DNA of 32,000 nucleotides from Candidatus Saccharimonadota bacterium (lineage in GTDB: Bacteria > Patescibacteriota > Gracilibacteria > Absconditabacterales > Absconditicoccaceae), in NCBI GenBank assembly GCA_965231145.1, contig OZ246420.1, positions 1 through 32,000 of the forward strand, in the 5' to 3' direction. Below are positions 1 through 7,698 of this stretch, one piece after another. Numbering within the stretch: the stretch's first letter is position 1; the number at the start of each line of letters is the position of its first letter. The notes under the pieces were generated by a model. It saw nothing but the letters and a program-made list of their open reading frames with translations. It ran no database searches and was not told the origin of the DNA. Both the position numbers and the translations under genes were made by a program.

Positions 1-233
1 AGTAACCAAAAAGGTCTAGCCGATTTTAGTGCATACGGACTGACTTGTTATTCATGTATTGACTACGAAAGAATCTCACCTGCGCACTTCGCGACTCCGG
101 TTCGATCCTCTTCAATTGATTATTCACTCACTCTCAACGAGAGGAGGCGCGGAAAAATCGGCGAGTGTATATAAAATATATTCACATTCTTAGTTTTTTT
201 TCAAAAAGAAAAAGGCTAGTGATATACACTACG

Positions 234-373
234 CCTCCGAGTGGAGGTAGCGTTATAGCATCAGTGTCCTAAGACACGATATAGATGAAGCGTTGACCGC
301 ATATATATCGTGTTTTATGGATGCTTTTGCTACCTCCAATTTCATATCAGTCCTTTTTGGTAAAAGGCGCTGA
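234..373 (+). ncRNA. Candidate structured RNA of unknown class: a long multi-helix hairpin plus a second hairpin
   Basis: No frame is open here even with UGA as sense. Nested complementary segments are GGAGGTAGC 243-251 / GCTACCTCC 329-337, AGCATC 257-262 / GATGCT 320-325, ACACGATATA 274-283 / TATATCGTGT 304-313, and an apical GCG 290-292 / CGC 298-300. A second hairpin is CCTTTT 352-357 / AAAAGG 362-367. CCTCC 234-238 can alternatively pair with GGAGG 243-247. I recognise no known RNA family, and the strand is uncertain. Confidence 0.3.
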
Positions 374-544
374 TGGTAGTTCGACGCATACGCCGAAGCT
401 ATTTTTGTTTTATAGTTCTTTTTGTTTGTTTTTGGTTTTGTTGTATCTTTAGTATATGGGGTTTATAGTAATTTGCAATACACTGGGGGCAAAATCCGCT
501 AATAGTCCGTTAGCACAATTTCTCACAAATATTGTATAATATAA

Positions 545-620
545 AAAGCAATTAGACATTAGCAGTTAGATTATAGCATGAGAATATGCTAACATCTAAA
601 ATCTATCATCTAATTGCTAC
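545..620. repeat. Palindromic element built from 7-bp repeats (copy R1): five forward heptads, a 6-nt spacer, five inverted heptads
   Basis: The forward heptads are AAAGCAA TTAGACA TTAGCAG TTAGATT ATAGCAT, followed by the spacer GAGAAT. The second arm, read on the opposite strand, is TTAGCAT TTAGATG ATAGATT TTAGATG GTAGCAA. The whole element folds as a ~35-bp imperfect hairpin. An extended -10 box TGTATAAT (533-540) lies just upstream. A related copy is at 30465-30539. Confidence 0.6.
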
Positions 621-634
621 TACGTAAGTATGTG

Positions 635-1072
635 TTATTGGGTTGATATGCCTCCTGAAACGTCAGTAGAGCTACCAGCATATGAACATCCTGCTATCTG
701 CGCGAGAGCGTCAAATGTTTGTTCTCCTTCGTATTTTTGTCCCTGATAAATCCATGTTGGATATCCTTTTACACCTGCTATGTTACACTTTACAGCGTCG
801 GTTGTACATTCGATATAGTCTATCTTAGAAAATGATGTACCAAACATTTCTTTCTGCGCCTTACAGTGAGGACACCGACTTGCTCCATACATCTTTACTC
901 CCTTGTCTGTCAGACACTGGGCAAGAGCATCGACCTGAGCAGGACTTACTGCTGGAGCAGCCTCCTTTGAATTGGCTTTTACGATCCAGATAAGAGCGCC
1001 TATGAAGAGGGCAGCAAGAACAACAATGAGTATGATATTGTTGTTTTTCTTTTTATGAGAGTGTCTCAACAT
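635..1072 (-). CDS. Membrane-anchored thioredoxin-fold protein with a CPHC motif, resembling the Trx-like domain fused to bacterial VKOR
   Basis: The track ORF is 635..1075 with a GTG start, and the first ATG is at 1072. It has an N-terminal TM helix (IILIVVLAALFIGALIWIV). The domain reads KMYGAS-x-CPHCKAQKEMFG ... GVKGYPTW, where x is a CGG codon (875-877) at the conserved Trp of WCxxC. The stop is TAA. Confidence 0.8.
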   Translation of the reverse strand: MLRHSHKKKNNNIILIVVLAALFIGALIWIVKANSKEAAPAVSPAQVDALAQCLTDKGVKMYGASRCPHCKAQKEMFGTSFSKIDYIECTTDAVKCNIAGVKGYPTWIYQGQKYEGEQTFDALAQIAGCSYAGSSTDVSGGISTQ

Positions 1073-1195
1073 CACTGGGGATGAGAAAAAATAAATGGAG
1101 TCTTACTATATCCAAAACCTTATCAAAAACAAATATAAAAAATCGACCTTCTGGATTGCTCCAGCAAAGGTCGAATCGCTCTCTGGCGATATAGT

Positions 1196-1570
1196 TTAGA
1201 AAAGATTGAGCACCACCCTCACCAGAAGATAAGAGAAGATAGCAATAACGATACCGATGATAGCAGAGACAATAGTTCCTGTTGCTTTTTTCATGATGGA
1301 TTCGTCTCCGCGACCTGAAATAAGCTTAATTCCGGCTATCACAATCACCACCATACACACAAGACCTACTGCAATCCAGAGATACGTATTAATAGTTTGC
1401 AAGAGAAACACCAACTCAAATGGATCGCTCGATACCTCAGACTGTCCTTGCATAGCATTATTAAGATCTTGATATCACTGGCTTTCCGGCAGAGTAACGT
1501 TTAAATTGACAGCAGAAGAAAAGCCAAACAAGATAAGAGAAGTAACTCCAAGAAGTAGATATTTTTTCAT
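1196..1570 (-). CDS. Secreted T4SS-pilin-like (TrbC/VirB2-like, PF18895-type) small membrane protein, copy 1
   Basis: Track ORFs 1196..1453 and 1475..1786 share a frame and are separated only by TGA (1472-1474). Read through from ATG 1570, the protein is 124 aa. It has a signal peptide (MKKYLLLGVTSLILFGFSSA) and then two hydrophobic helices around LISGRGDESIMKKATGTIVSAIIGIVIA. The stop is TAA. Confidence 0.7.
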
Positions 1571-1584
1571 ACAGATATATAAGA

Positions 1585-2049
1585 TTAGATAGTAGACCTG
1601 GTAATAGATTGGATAAGATTGACGATGGCTATGGCTCAAAGAGCAAGAACAATACCCACTGCGATCTTGATTAAATTGTCTGTTGCTTTCTTTTCCTTTG
1701 CTTGATCGCCTTGCGAGAGGATAAACTGTATACCAACATAGATACCCATACTCACACCAAGAATCGCCGCCATCCTTAAAAGCCATTTAATAGTGCTCAC
1801 GAGGAGAGAGCCTGACGATCAGATACCAATACCAACGCCAAGTCCTCCACCACCATCGATAAGTTTGCCTCATACATCTTCCTTACTGCTTCCCACGTCT
1901 ACGACGGTTTCATTGTCTTTTGATTGCTGAAACGTTTGCTCTAAGAAGTCTTCTCCAAAGCTAAATGATCTGATGCTAAAAACGAAAAACAAAAAATAGA
2001 AAATAAAAAATCATATTTTGCGATAATTATATTTTCTATTTTTTATCAT
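1585..2049 (-). CDS. T4SS-pilin-like small membrane protein, copy 2 (absent from the standard-code track)
   Basis: I translated this by hand. The 154-aa frame is open from ATG 2047-2049 to TAA 1585-1587 and contains 4 in-frame TGA codons. It has an N-terminal anchor (GFFIFYFLFFVFSI), a Gly-rich linker, and a C-terminal pilin-type module STIKWLLRMAAILGVSMGIYVGIQFILSQGDQAKEKKATDNLIKIAVGIVLALGAIAIVNLI. That module is paralogous to the 1196..1570 gene. Confidence 0.7.
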
Positions 2050-2070
2050 CTATGGTCTCTGTTGTATCAA

Positions 2071-2487
2071 TTAAATCTGATCTAAGAGCGCTTCTGCTGC
2101 CTGGTCTTCCGCAGCATCACTTTGAGCTTCCTGTTGCTTAATGTTTTCTACCTGCTTCACATAACCCATTTCCTGCCACTTCATGAGATACTTTTTCTTT
2201 ATTTCAACTTTCTTTTCTTCATATTTCTTTTCTATCTCTTCGAGTTTCTGTTTTTCTCTCGTGAGAATATCTTCCAATTTTGCTATCTGCTCATCATTCA
2301 TGAGCGGCAAAAGATTGAACCAGCTTTGCTTTTCCTCAGCTTTCTCTATCGATCTCGACTGGAGGAGCATGGTGATAAGCTGTGGTTTCTTTTCAACAAA
2401 CTGATCGGGAATGATATATTGTGCTGCAAGATCCCGAACAGCCTGTGGAAGGCTTTTTTGTATCAATTGGATGTTTGTTGTAGCCAT
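2071..2487 (-). CDS. Hypothetical protein, Lys/Glu-rich with a probable coiled coil
   Basis: This is a 138-aa ORF from ATG to TAA. It sits 3 nt downstream of the previous gene in the pilT-pilin gene string. It contains a charged heptad-like segment (KLEDILTREKQKLEEIEKKYEEKKVEIKKKY). I recognise no family. Confidence 0.55.
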   Translation of the reverse strand: MATTNIQLIQKSLPQAVRDLAAQYIIPDQFVEKKPQLITMLLQSRSIEKAEEKQSWFNLLPLMNDEQIAKLEDILTREKQKLEEIEKKYEEKKVEIKKKYLMKWQEMGYVKQVENIKQQEAQSDAAEDQAAEALLDQI

Positions 2488-2490
2488 GCT

Positions 2491-2682
2491 TTAAGACATT
2501 TTTTGGATAAAGTTTTCTAAGTCGCGATCTGCCGCAAGAGAGGAAGATTTTTTTTCATTATCTGACTTTTGCTGGATCGTAGCGATCTTTTTATATGATT
2601 GCAATGCTTTCTTTTTCATTTCTCTTATCTTTTTAAGAGATGTGTGCCCACTTCCTGTGGGTGCGCTAAAGATTTCTGTCAT
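2491..2682 (-). CDS. Hypothetical small basic protein
   Basis: This is a 63-aa ORF. Its ATG (2680-2682) overlaps the pilT TAA stop (2682-2684) by one base, giving the TAATG coupling arrangement. I recognise no family. Confidence 0.45.
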   Translation of the reverse strand: MTEIFSAPTGSGHTSLKKIREMKKKALQSYKKIATIQQKSDNEKKSSSLAADRDLENFIQKMS

Positions 2683-3764
2683 TATTTTTGTGATGGGTCA
2701 CCCATGATAAATCCTAGAGCGCTTGGATCAACAATTCCCTTGTCGATAAGTCTCTGTGCATATTGCTTCATAGAGATCATACCATGTGTATTGTTTGTTT
2801 CGATAATATTATCGATCTGAGAGATAGCGCGCTTCGCAATGTTATTTTTTGTTGCAAGCGTGTTAATCATAAGTTCATAGACTCCAACTCTCGACTTCCC
2901 GTCTGCACTTTTCACAAGAAATTGAGAAAGAACGCAATTGAGAGCATCTGAAAGTCTACTTGCGATACTGTCCTGAATCTCAGGAGAAAAGAATGAGATG
3001 AATCTGTTCACCGTAAGCGATGCAGATGAGGTATGTAGTGTAGAGAATACTAAGTGTCCGGTTTCAGCAAGAGCGATAGCCGCTTCTGCTGTTTCCTTAT
3101 CACGAATTTCTCCGACGAAGATCACGTTTGGATCTTCACGCATCGTTGCCCTGAGGGCGTTCAGGAATGACCACGTATCATGACCAACCTCTCTTTGAGA
3201 AATAATAGACTTCTGAGGCTTAAAGACAAATTCAATTGGGTCTTCGATGGTGATGATATTTTCCGATCTTGTTACGTTGATGTGCTCTATCATTGAAATG
3301 ATCGATGTTGATTTACCAGACCCTGTCGGACCTGTAACGAGGATAAGTCCGGTCTTCTTTGAAAGGATTTTCTGCTTAATTGTATCTGCCATATCAGCAA
3401 ACATGAGATCACTTACCTGTTTTGCAACAGAGTTGATCTTTCTCATGACGATACCGATTTTTCCAAGCTTGAAGTATGCATTGACTCTGTAAGGAGTTCC
3501 ATCCATAGAAATATATGAAAAGTCTGCTTCTTTATCACCTACAAATTTTTCATACGCTTTCTGGTTTCACTTCATGAGATGCTTCACCATGATCTCTACA
3601 TACTCTTCAGCGATCTTATTTGTCTTGTCGTACTTCTGGATCTCTCCATTGACACGAAAAGCAATATACTCGTCAGATCAGATGTGAATATCAGAAACCG
3701 CTTCATTCGAAGAAATTTGCGAAAGAATTGCCTCGATATTCACTTCTTTTTCGAAATTTACCAT
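2682..3764 (-). CDS. pilT: Type IV pilus retraction ATPase PilT
   Basis: Track ORF 2682..3506 extends upstream through two in-frame TGA codons (3567-3569, 3678-3680) to ATG 3762-3764, giving 360 aa. Motifs seen are Walker A (LVTGPTGSGKSTS), the Asp box (IITIEDPIEF), Walker B (VIFVGEIRD) and the His box (GHLVFSTLHT). The N-terminal SDIHI-G-SDEYIAFRVNG matches the PilT N-domain. Confidence 0.9.
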
Positions 3765-3838
3765 CGACGTACTTTAGAGAATAAACATACTTTAGTATAT
3801 CTTTTTCTCAAAAATATGTCAAAAAAGTTCTATAGCAT

Positions 3839-4282
3839 CTATTTACTCCAAATTTTTGCTATTCACAGAGTTAGAAAAGTAAGTATAGTATGTGTAAGTG
3901 TTTGGATACGAGCTATCTTGTGTAGCATTTTAGCGTTTTGGTCGAGTCTTTTCTTCTTTTCTCCAGAAAATATCTCTTTTTGGAGGAGTTTTTCTATGTA
4001 TTTCATGTTTTCCTGGAGTTTTGGAAACTGCTCATGGTAGCTTTTTGTTGGTTTTGTGAAAATAGCTTTCTTGTCATGATAGAGCAATGAAAGCGTATTT
4101 TTATAGTCATAGATACGCTCTTTTTCTGTGAGAATGGTTTTTGCCATCTGATAAAAAATGCTGTCTACATCATATGTAAAAGCCTTTTCTACCTTTCTTT
4201 TGTCCGCTGAGATTGTCGAGAGGATCAACATCAAAACAATAATAACAATAACGTAGATACTAATTAAGATAATTCACCACAT
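3839..4282 (-). CDS. Hypothetical membrane-anchored protein
   Basis: Track ORF 3863..4234 ends at a TGA and starts internally. Read with UGA as sense, it runs from ATG 4280-4282 (MWGIILISIYVIVIIVLMLIL, a TM anchor) to TAG 3839-3841, giving 147 aa. I recognise no family. Confidence 0.5.
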
Positions 4283-4292
4283 GGTGCTTACT

Positions 4293-5555
4293 TTAGCGCA
4301 AATAAAACATCGGAACAACATCTTTTACTACATCAATAATCTTTCATTCTTTCTCAATAACCGGCACGAATTCTCTCCAAAAAATAGGAATCTTTTCGTT
4401 GAGCATCCGCTTCTTTACCCTTTTTCCCTTATAGATATCTCCTGACTTACTATAGCGAATTACTCATCCCTTCCACAGGGGATTGTTTTTTATTTTCATA
4501 CTATCAAAATAAAGGTATTTCTCTTTTCATGTTATCTTCAGGATCTCATCATTTTTATACTCCCGGAAATCTTTTTTCCCATTGATTGCGTAGAGCTTAC
4601 CATGCGAATGAAAGAAGAAAACTCCTGCGAGAAACTTATATCCATCGTTACTGGTATTACTAAAGCGTGTCCATTCTGCAAGAGTTTTTTGTGATACATG
4701 TTTGTATATACCAAGCTGCTGAAAGAGAAATATCCAATCTGTTTCTGTATACTCATTTACTCTTCGTGGAGATCTTTGTGTTATTTGATAGCTGAATGAT
4801 GCTCCTCGATTGGGATGCGTGGGCCTTTGGACTATAGCTAAGTGATCATTATTTCTTTCAATGTCCATGCGCTCGATTTGCCTATAGATAAGCGCCCAGC
4901 TTTCGTACCATTTATTTTGGGGAGAAAGCACACTCATTTGAGGAAAGATATCATTTCTCAATGCGTTTCTTATCGTAAGAGAAGAATTTTTATTGGTTGG
5001 ATCGAGAAAATATGGCATGTTGTGTACATCGCAAAGCTCTTGAATATATCGCTTCTGTAAGCTGATAAGCGGACGTAAGCGAAACAAACCATCTGAATAA
5101 TCACGAAAGGTCATGTTACCTAAGCCATGAAGGCTTGTTCCGCGAAGAATATTCATAAAAGATGTTTCTATGCGATCGTCAAGATGGTGTCCTGTTACGA
5201 TATAGATACTTTTTTCTTTTTTCGCAACTTCTTTGAAAAATCTCATTCTCAGATCACGCAAGATAGTCTCTTTATGTCACTGACGAGGCTTATTGGTATT
5301 ATAATAGATATGATAGTTTTCATATAACTTAAATATTTTCTGTAGCTCCTTATCTGACTCTTTTCTTTGTCCATGATGAAAATGAGCAATGATAAGAAGC
5401 TGCTGATCCCAACCTTTTTGACGATAAAAATCCTGGAGAACAGCAAAAGCAAGGCTACTATCGGGTCCACCCGACAGACCTATGATAAGCTTAGTTGGAC
5501 TTATAAGCAGCTTATCAAGTTCTGAAAATATTTTGTCTTTTTCAGGAAAATGCAT
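4293..5555 (-). CDS. tilS: tRNA(Ile)-lysidine synthase TilS
   Basis: Track ORFs 5277..5555 and 4527..5261 share a frame and are split by TGA. The TGA at 4527-4529 is also read through, to TAA 4293-4295, giving 420 aa. Motifs seen are the PP-loop (GLSGGPDSS), TGHHLDDRIETSFMNILRG, and a TilS C-terminal domain (KGKRVKK-x-MLNEKIPIFWREFVPVI). Confidence 0.9.
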
Positions 5556-5649
5556 ACTATTACACAGTAGAAGGTTTATAAAATAGAAAGTTTATACACA
5601 TTTGAATAGTTTATTGCTATTGTAATATTTAGTTATTGAAAACAAACCA

Positions 5650-6129
5650 ATGAGAGATTATGGATGGAAGATTAAGATATGAGACTTGTTAAGATCTCCT
5701 GGAAAGGAGGATGAAATTGTGTTTGAAAAAAAATTTATACCAGATATGAAAGAGCTGACAGAGGATGGTATTTCTGGAAGAATCATAGTAAAAGCTCTTG
5801 ATCGTTATTCTATCCTACTGACGATAGAAAATATTCGTGCGGCGGTAGAAGATGTTTCAGATATCTCAGCAACTCCTTATATTCGTCAGATTGAAAATCC
5901 TCTTTATGAAGCGCTTTTTATTGTTCCTCATGAGGAAAGAAAGAAAACAAAAGGAGACGATGAAAGCATCGAGCATTTTATCATCAATGAAAAAGATGAG
6001 TCTATAGACATTACTGAATCTATATATAATGCATTGGTTGCTATGGAACCTTTAGTGAAAAAAACTGATGATGAGAAAATGTCAGATAGTGAAGAGAATG
6101 TGGAAAACGAATACGATCAGTATGTCTAA
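5650..6129 (+). CDS. YceD/DUF177-like protein
   Basis: Track ORF 5686..6129 has a TTG start. It extends through an in-frame TGA (5680-5682) to ATG 5650. The N-terminus is MRDYGWKIKIGDLLRSPGKE, and the C-terminal part has an ESIDITESIYNALVAMEPL-type segment typical of DUF177. It has an acidic tail and a TAA stop. Confidence 0.6.
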
Positions 6130-6174
6130 TTTCACATTTCAACATTTTTTCACAGTAAACAATATTATAGTATT

Positions 6175-6195
6175 ATAGCTTGGTAAGCTATTTTG
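6175..6195 (+). terminator. Intrinsic terminator between two convergent genes
   Basis: The stem is ATAGCTT / AAGCTAT with a GGT loop, followed by TTTTG. It lies between the yceD-like stop (6129) and the K+ channel stop (6247). Confidence 0.5.
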
Positions 6196-6246
6196 ACACT
6201 TTTAGACATTTCATGAAAGTTTTTCCTTTATTGTTATTATTAATTT

Positions 6247-7095
6247 TTAATATTTATCTAATATATAACTATTAAGAGGTGATGTTGATGAAAGTTTTTC
6301 TCAACACATACGACAGTACTGTGCATCAGTTTCATGAGGAGAGGATTGACATCTATCACAAATAGCGTCTCACATTTTTTCTTTGTTTATCAACTTTACA
6401 ACATCGAGAAAAGTAACGATAGAGACAGATGATATGATTGCTAAGAATATTGGTCCAAGAATAATAACAAGACCTCAGACTATTTTCCCTAAGAGAGTCA
6501 TCGGAAAGATGTCTCCATAACCAACTGTCGACATAGTCACCAGCGCCCACCACATACTACTTGGTATGTCGGTGAATCACGGATTGGTTGCTCATTCGAT
6601 AGCATACATAAGAAAAGAACCGACTAACCAGCAAAGTAGAAAGAATATACCAGCAATCTTGTACTTATAGGTGTTCTTTTTGAGTGCTTTCCAGAAGTTT
6701 GTAAGGAAAGTGAAGTACTTACCGAGCCTAAATATCCTACAAATTCTGGTAATTCTTAAAACCTTAAGATATCCTACTGCGAGGTATCCATGAAACCCAA
6801 ACGCGATAATGAAAGGAACAGATGCTATTATATCGAAGATATTGAACACATTAGAAAAAAAAGATCTCTTCCATCCTGAAAGATGTGCACGAATAAGAAG
6901 ATCGATCAAAAAAATAAACGAAAGGATAAGTTCAACGATCAATATGGTCTCCGAGAAAGAGTATTCAATGCTCTTTATGGATCCTATGATCATGAAAATA
7001 ATAGCTAAAATAGTCATACTTCGCATGAAAGTATTAGCTACATAACCTCGTTTTTCGTCTCTCGGATAATCAATAAAGAGTTTTTCTTTCTGCAT
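6247..7095 (-). CDS. Voltage-gated (6TM, Kv-type) potassium channel with a C-terminal CxxC...CxxC tail
   Basis: Track ORF 6592..7152 ends at a TGA. Read through five in-frame TGA codons, it reaches TAA 6247-6249. It has an S4 voltage sensor ([17 protein letters not shown]) with Arg at every third residue, encoded by AGA/AGG. The selectivity filter is TMSTVGYGD. The tail reads [20 protein letters not shown]. The start is taken at ATG 7093-7095, and a TTG at 7152 is an alternative. Confidence 0.85.
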
Positions 7096-7386
7096 GCGGT
7101 ATGATAGAATATAGACTATACTGAGTATAGCGTTATCCGCAGAGAAGCGCAAAAATACACATTGACTTAAATATTTTGCGATATATAATAAATCTATTGA
7201 AAGTTGGTATAACTATTCTTACTATTCTAACTAATTATACTACACCGCCATGAAAATGATTTTTTCATTTTCTGGATGAAGTAGTTTATATAAAGTCACT
7301 TGAGAAACAGATATTTCAATGTTAATGAGAAATATATGTTTTCGAAAGCGACGTGGTGAATACTTTAGTTTGTAAAAAACCAAAAA

Positions 7387-7602
7387 ATGAATCATCCTCA
7401 TGACGTAAAAATGTGTGGTACGGTGACAGTATGACCAAAATGACAGGTAGTTATACCGAAAGAAGTGAGAGACATATTAGATATTAAACCAGGCGATAGC
7501 CTTGTCGTAATAATAAAAGCTGACAAAGCAGTATGAATGATAAAATCGGAAGATATACCAGCTATGATAGATTATATTCAGTCAGAAATGGAGAAATGCT
7601 AA
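7387..7602 (+). CDS. AbrB/MazE/SpoVT-family DNA-binding protein
   Basis: I translated this by hand. It is 71 aa from ATG to TAA, with three in-frame TGA codons. The motif GTVTV-G-PK-G-QVVIPKEVRDILDIKPGDSLVVI matches the swapped-hairpin AbrB-type signature, and two of the TGA codons fall on its conserved Gly residues. It is absent from the standard-code track. Confidence 0.8.
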
Positions 7603-7606
7603 AAGA

Positions 7607-7663
7607 AAATCTTTCCCGCTCATACTAAGTGAGCGTACCTCCTTTACAAAGGAGGCTTCTACA
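7607..7663 (+). repeat. Double-hairpin intergenic repeat, copy A: a variable hairpin followed by an anti-SD/SD hairpin
   Basis: The element begins AAATCTT. Hairpin 1 is CGCTCA tactaag TGAGCG. Hairpin 2 is CCTCCTTT aca AAGGAGG, followed by CTTCTACAG. The same architecture and orientation occur at 16761-16817 and 30403-30460. Confidence 0.6.
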
Positions 7664-7698
7664 GATAATTAGTAATTTAGTTTTTGATACACGAAAAG

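Noticed and set aside
99-108. GGTTCGATCC resembles a tRNA/tmRNA T-loop. Nearby, GACTGACT...CATGTA resembles the 3' part of E. coli tmRNA.
   Set aside because: The flanks cannot form a T-stem or an acceptor stem. There is no CCA-proximal acceptor pairing and no tag-ORF or tRNA-like domain, so this is neither a tRNA nor a tmRNA.
1-176. Frame 1 is open from the window edge to TAA at 174-176 (58 codons, ...YGLTCYSCIDYERISPAHF...). This could be the 3' end of a gene.
   Set aside because: I recognise no motif. The segment is short and GC-richer, so an open frame is not improbable by chance. It could equally belong to the adjacent structured non-coding region, so I left it unannotated.
367-380. GCGCTGATGGTAGT matches the 5S rRNA loop E segment (GCGCCGATGGTAGT) at 13 of 14 positions.
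   Set aside because: The partner strand (GAGAGTAGG), the CCGAAC loop C in the correct order, and a closing helix I are all absent. An isolated 14-mer is not a 5S gene.
545-620. The short tandem repeats could be a CRISPR array or mini-array.
   Set aside because: The unit is 7 bp with no spacers, the two halves are inverted relative to each other, and there are no cas genes. This is a palindromic heptad element, not a CRISPR array.
2122-2520. Many antisense or overlapping track ORFs occur, for example 2122..2520+, 3579..4040+, 8176..8475-, 10580..11056-, 10968..11399-, 18757..19317-, 14442..14855+, 15983..16234+, 16510..16737+, 20290..20502+ and 20348..20560-.
   Set aside because: Each lies opposite or out of frame to a motif-supported gene once UGA is read as Gly. 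Their translations are low-complexity or Cys/Phe-rich nonsense.
6212-6355. Two small plus-strand ORFs both start MKVF (ATGAAAGTTTTTC repeated at ~6212 and ~6288), and the second has a GAGG upstream.
   Set aside because: They lie entirely inside the recoded C-terminal extension of the minus-strand K+ channel, whose frame stays open to TAA 6247-6249. The repeated 13-mer is probably coincidental.
7250-7378. A 42-codon ORF (MKMIFSFSGGSSLYKVTGETD...) lies upstream of the AbrB-like gene. The pair could form a toxin-antitoxin arrangement.
   Set aside because: The ORF has no recognisable toxin fold (MazF/PIN/etc.), is very short and has no RBS. The AbrB-like gene is followed by a repeat and the efflux operon rather than by a toxin gene.
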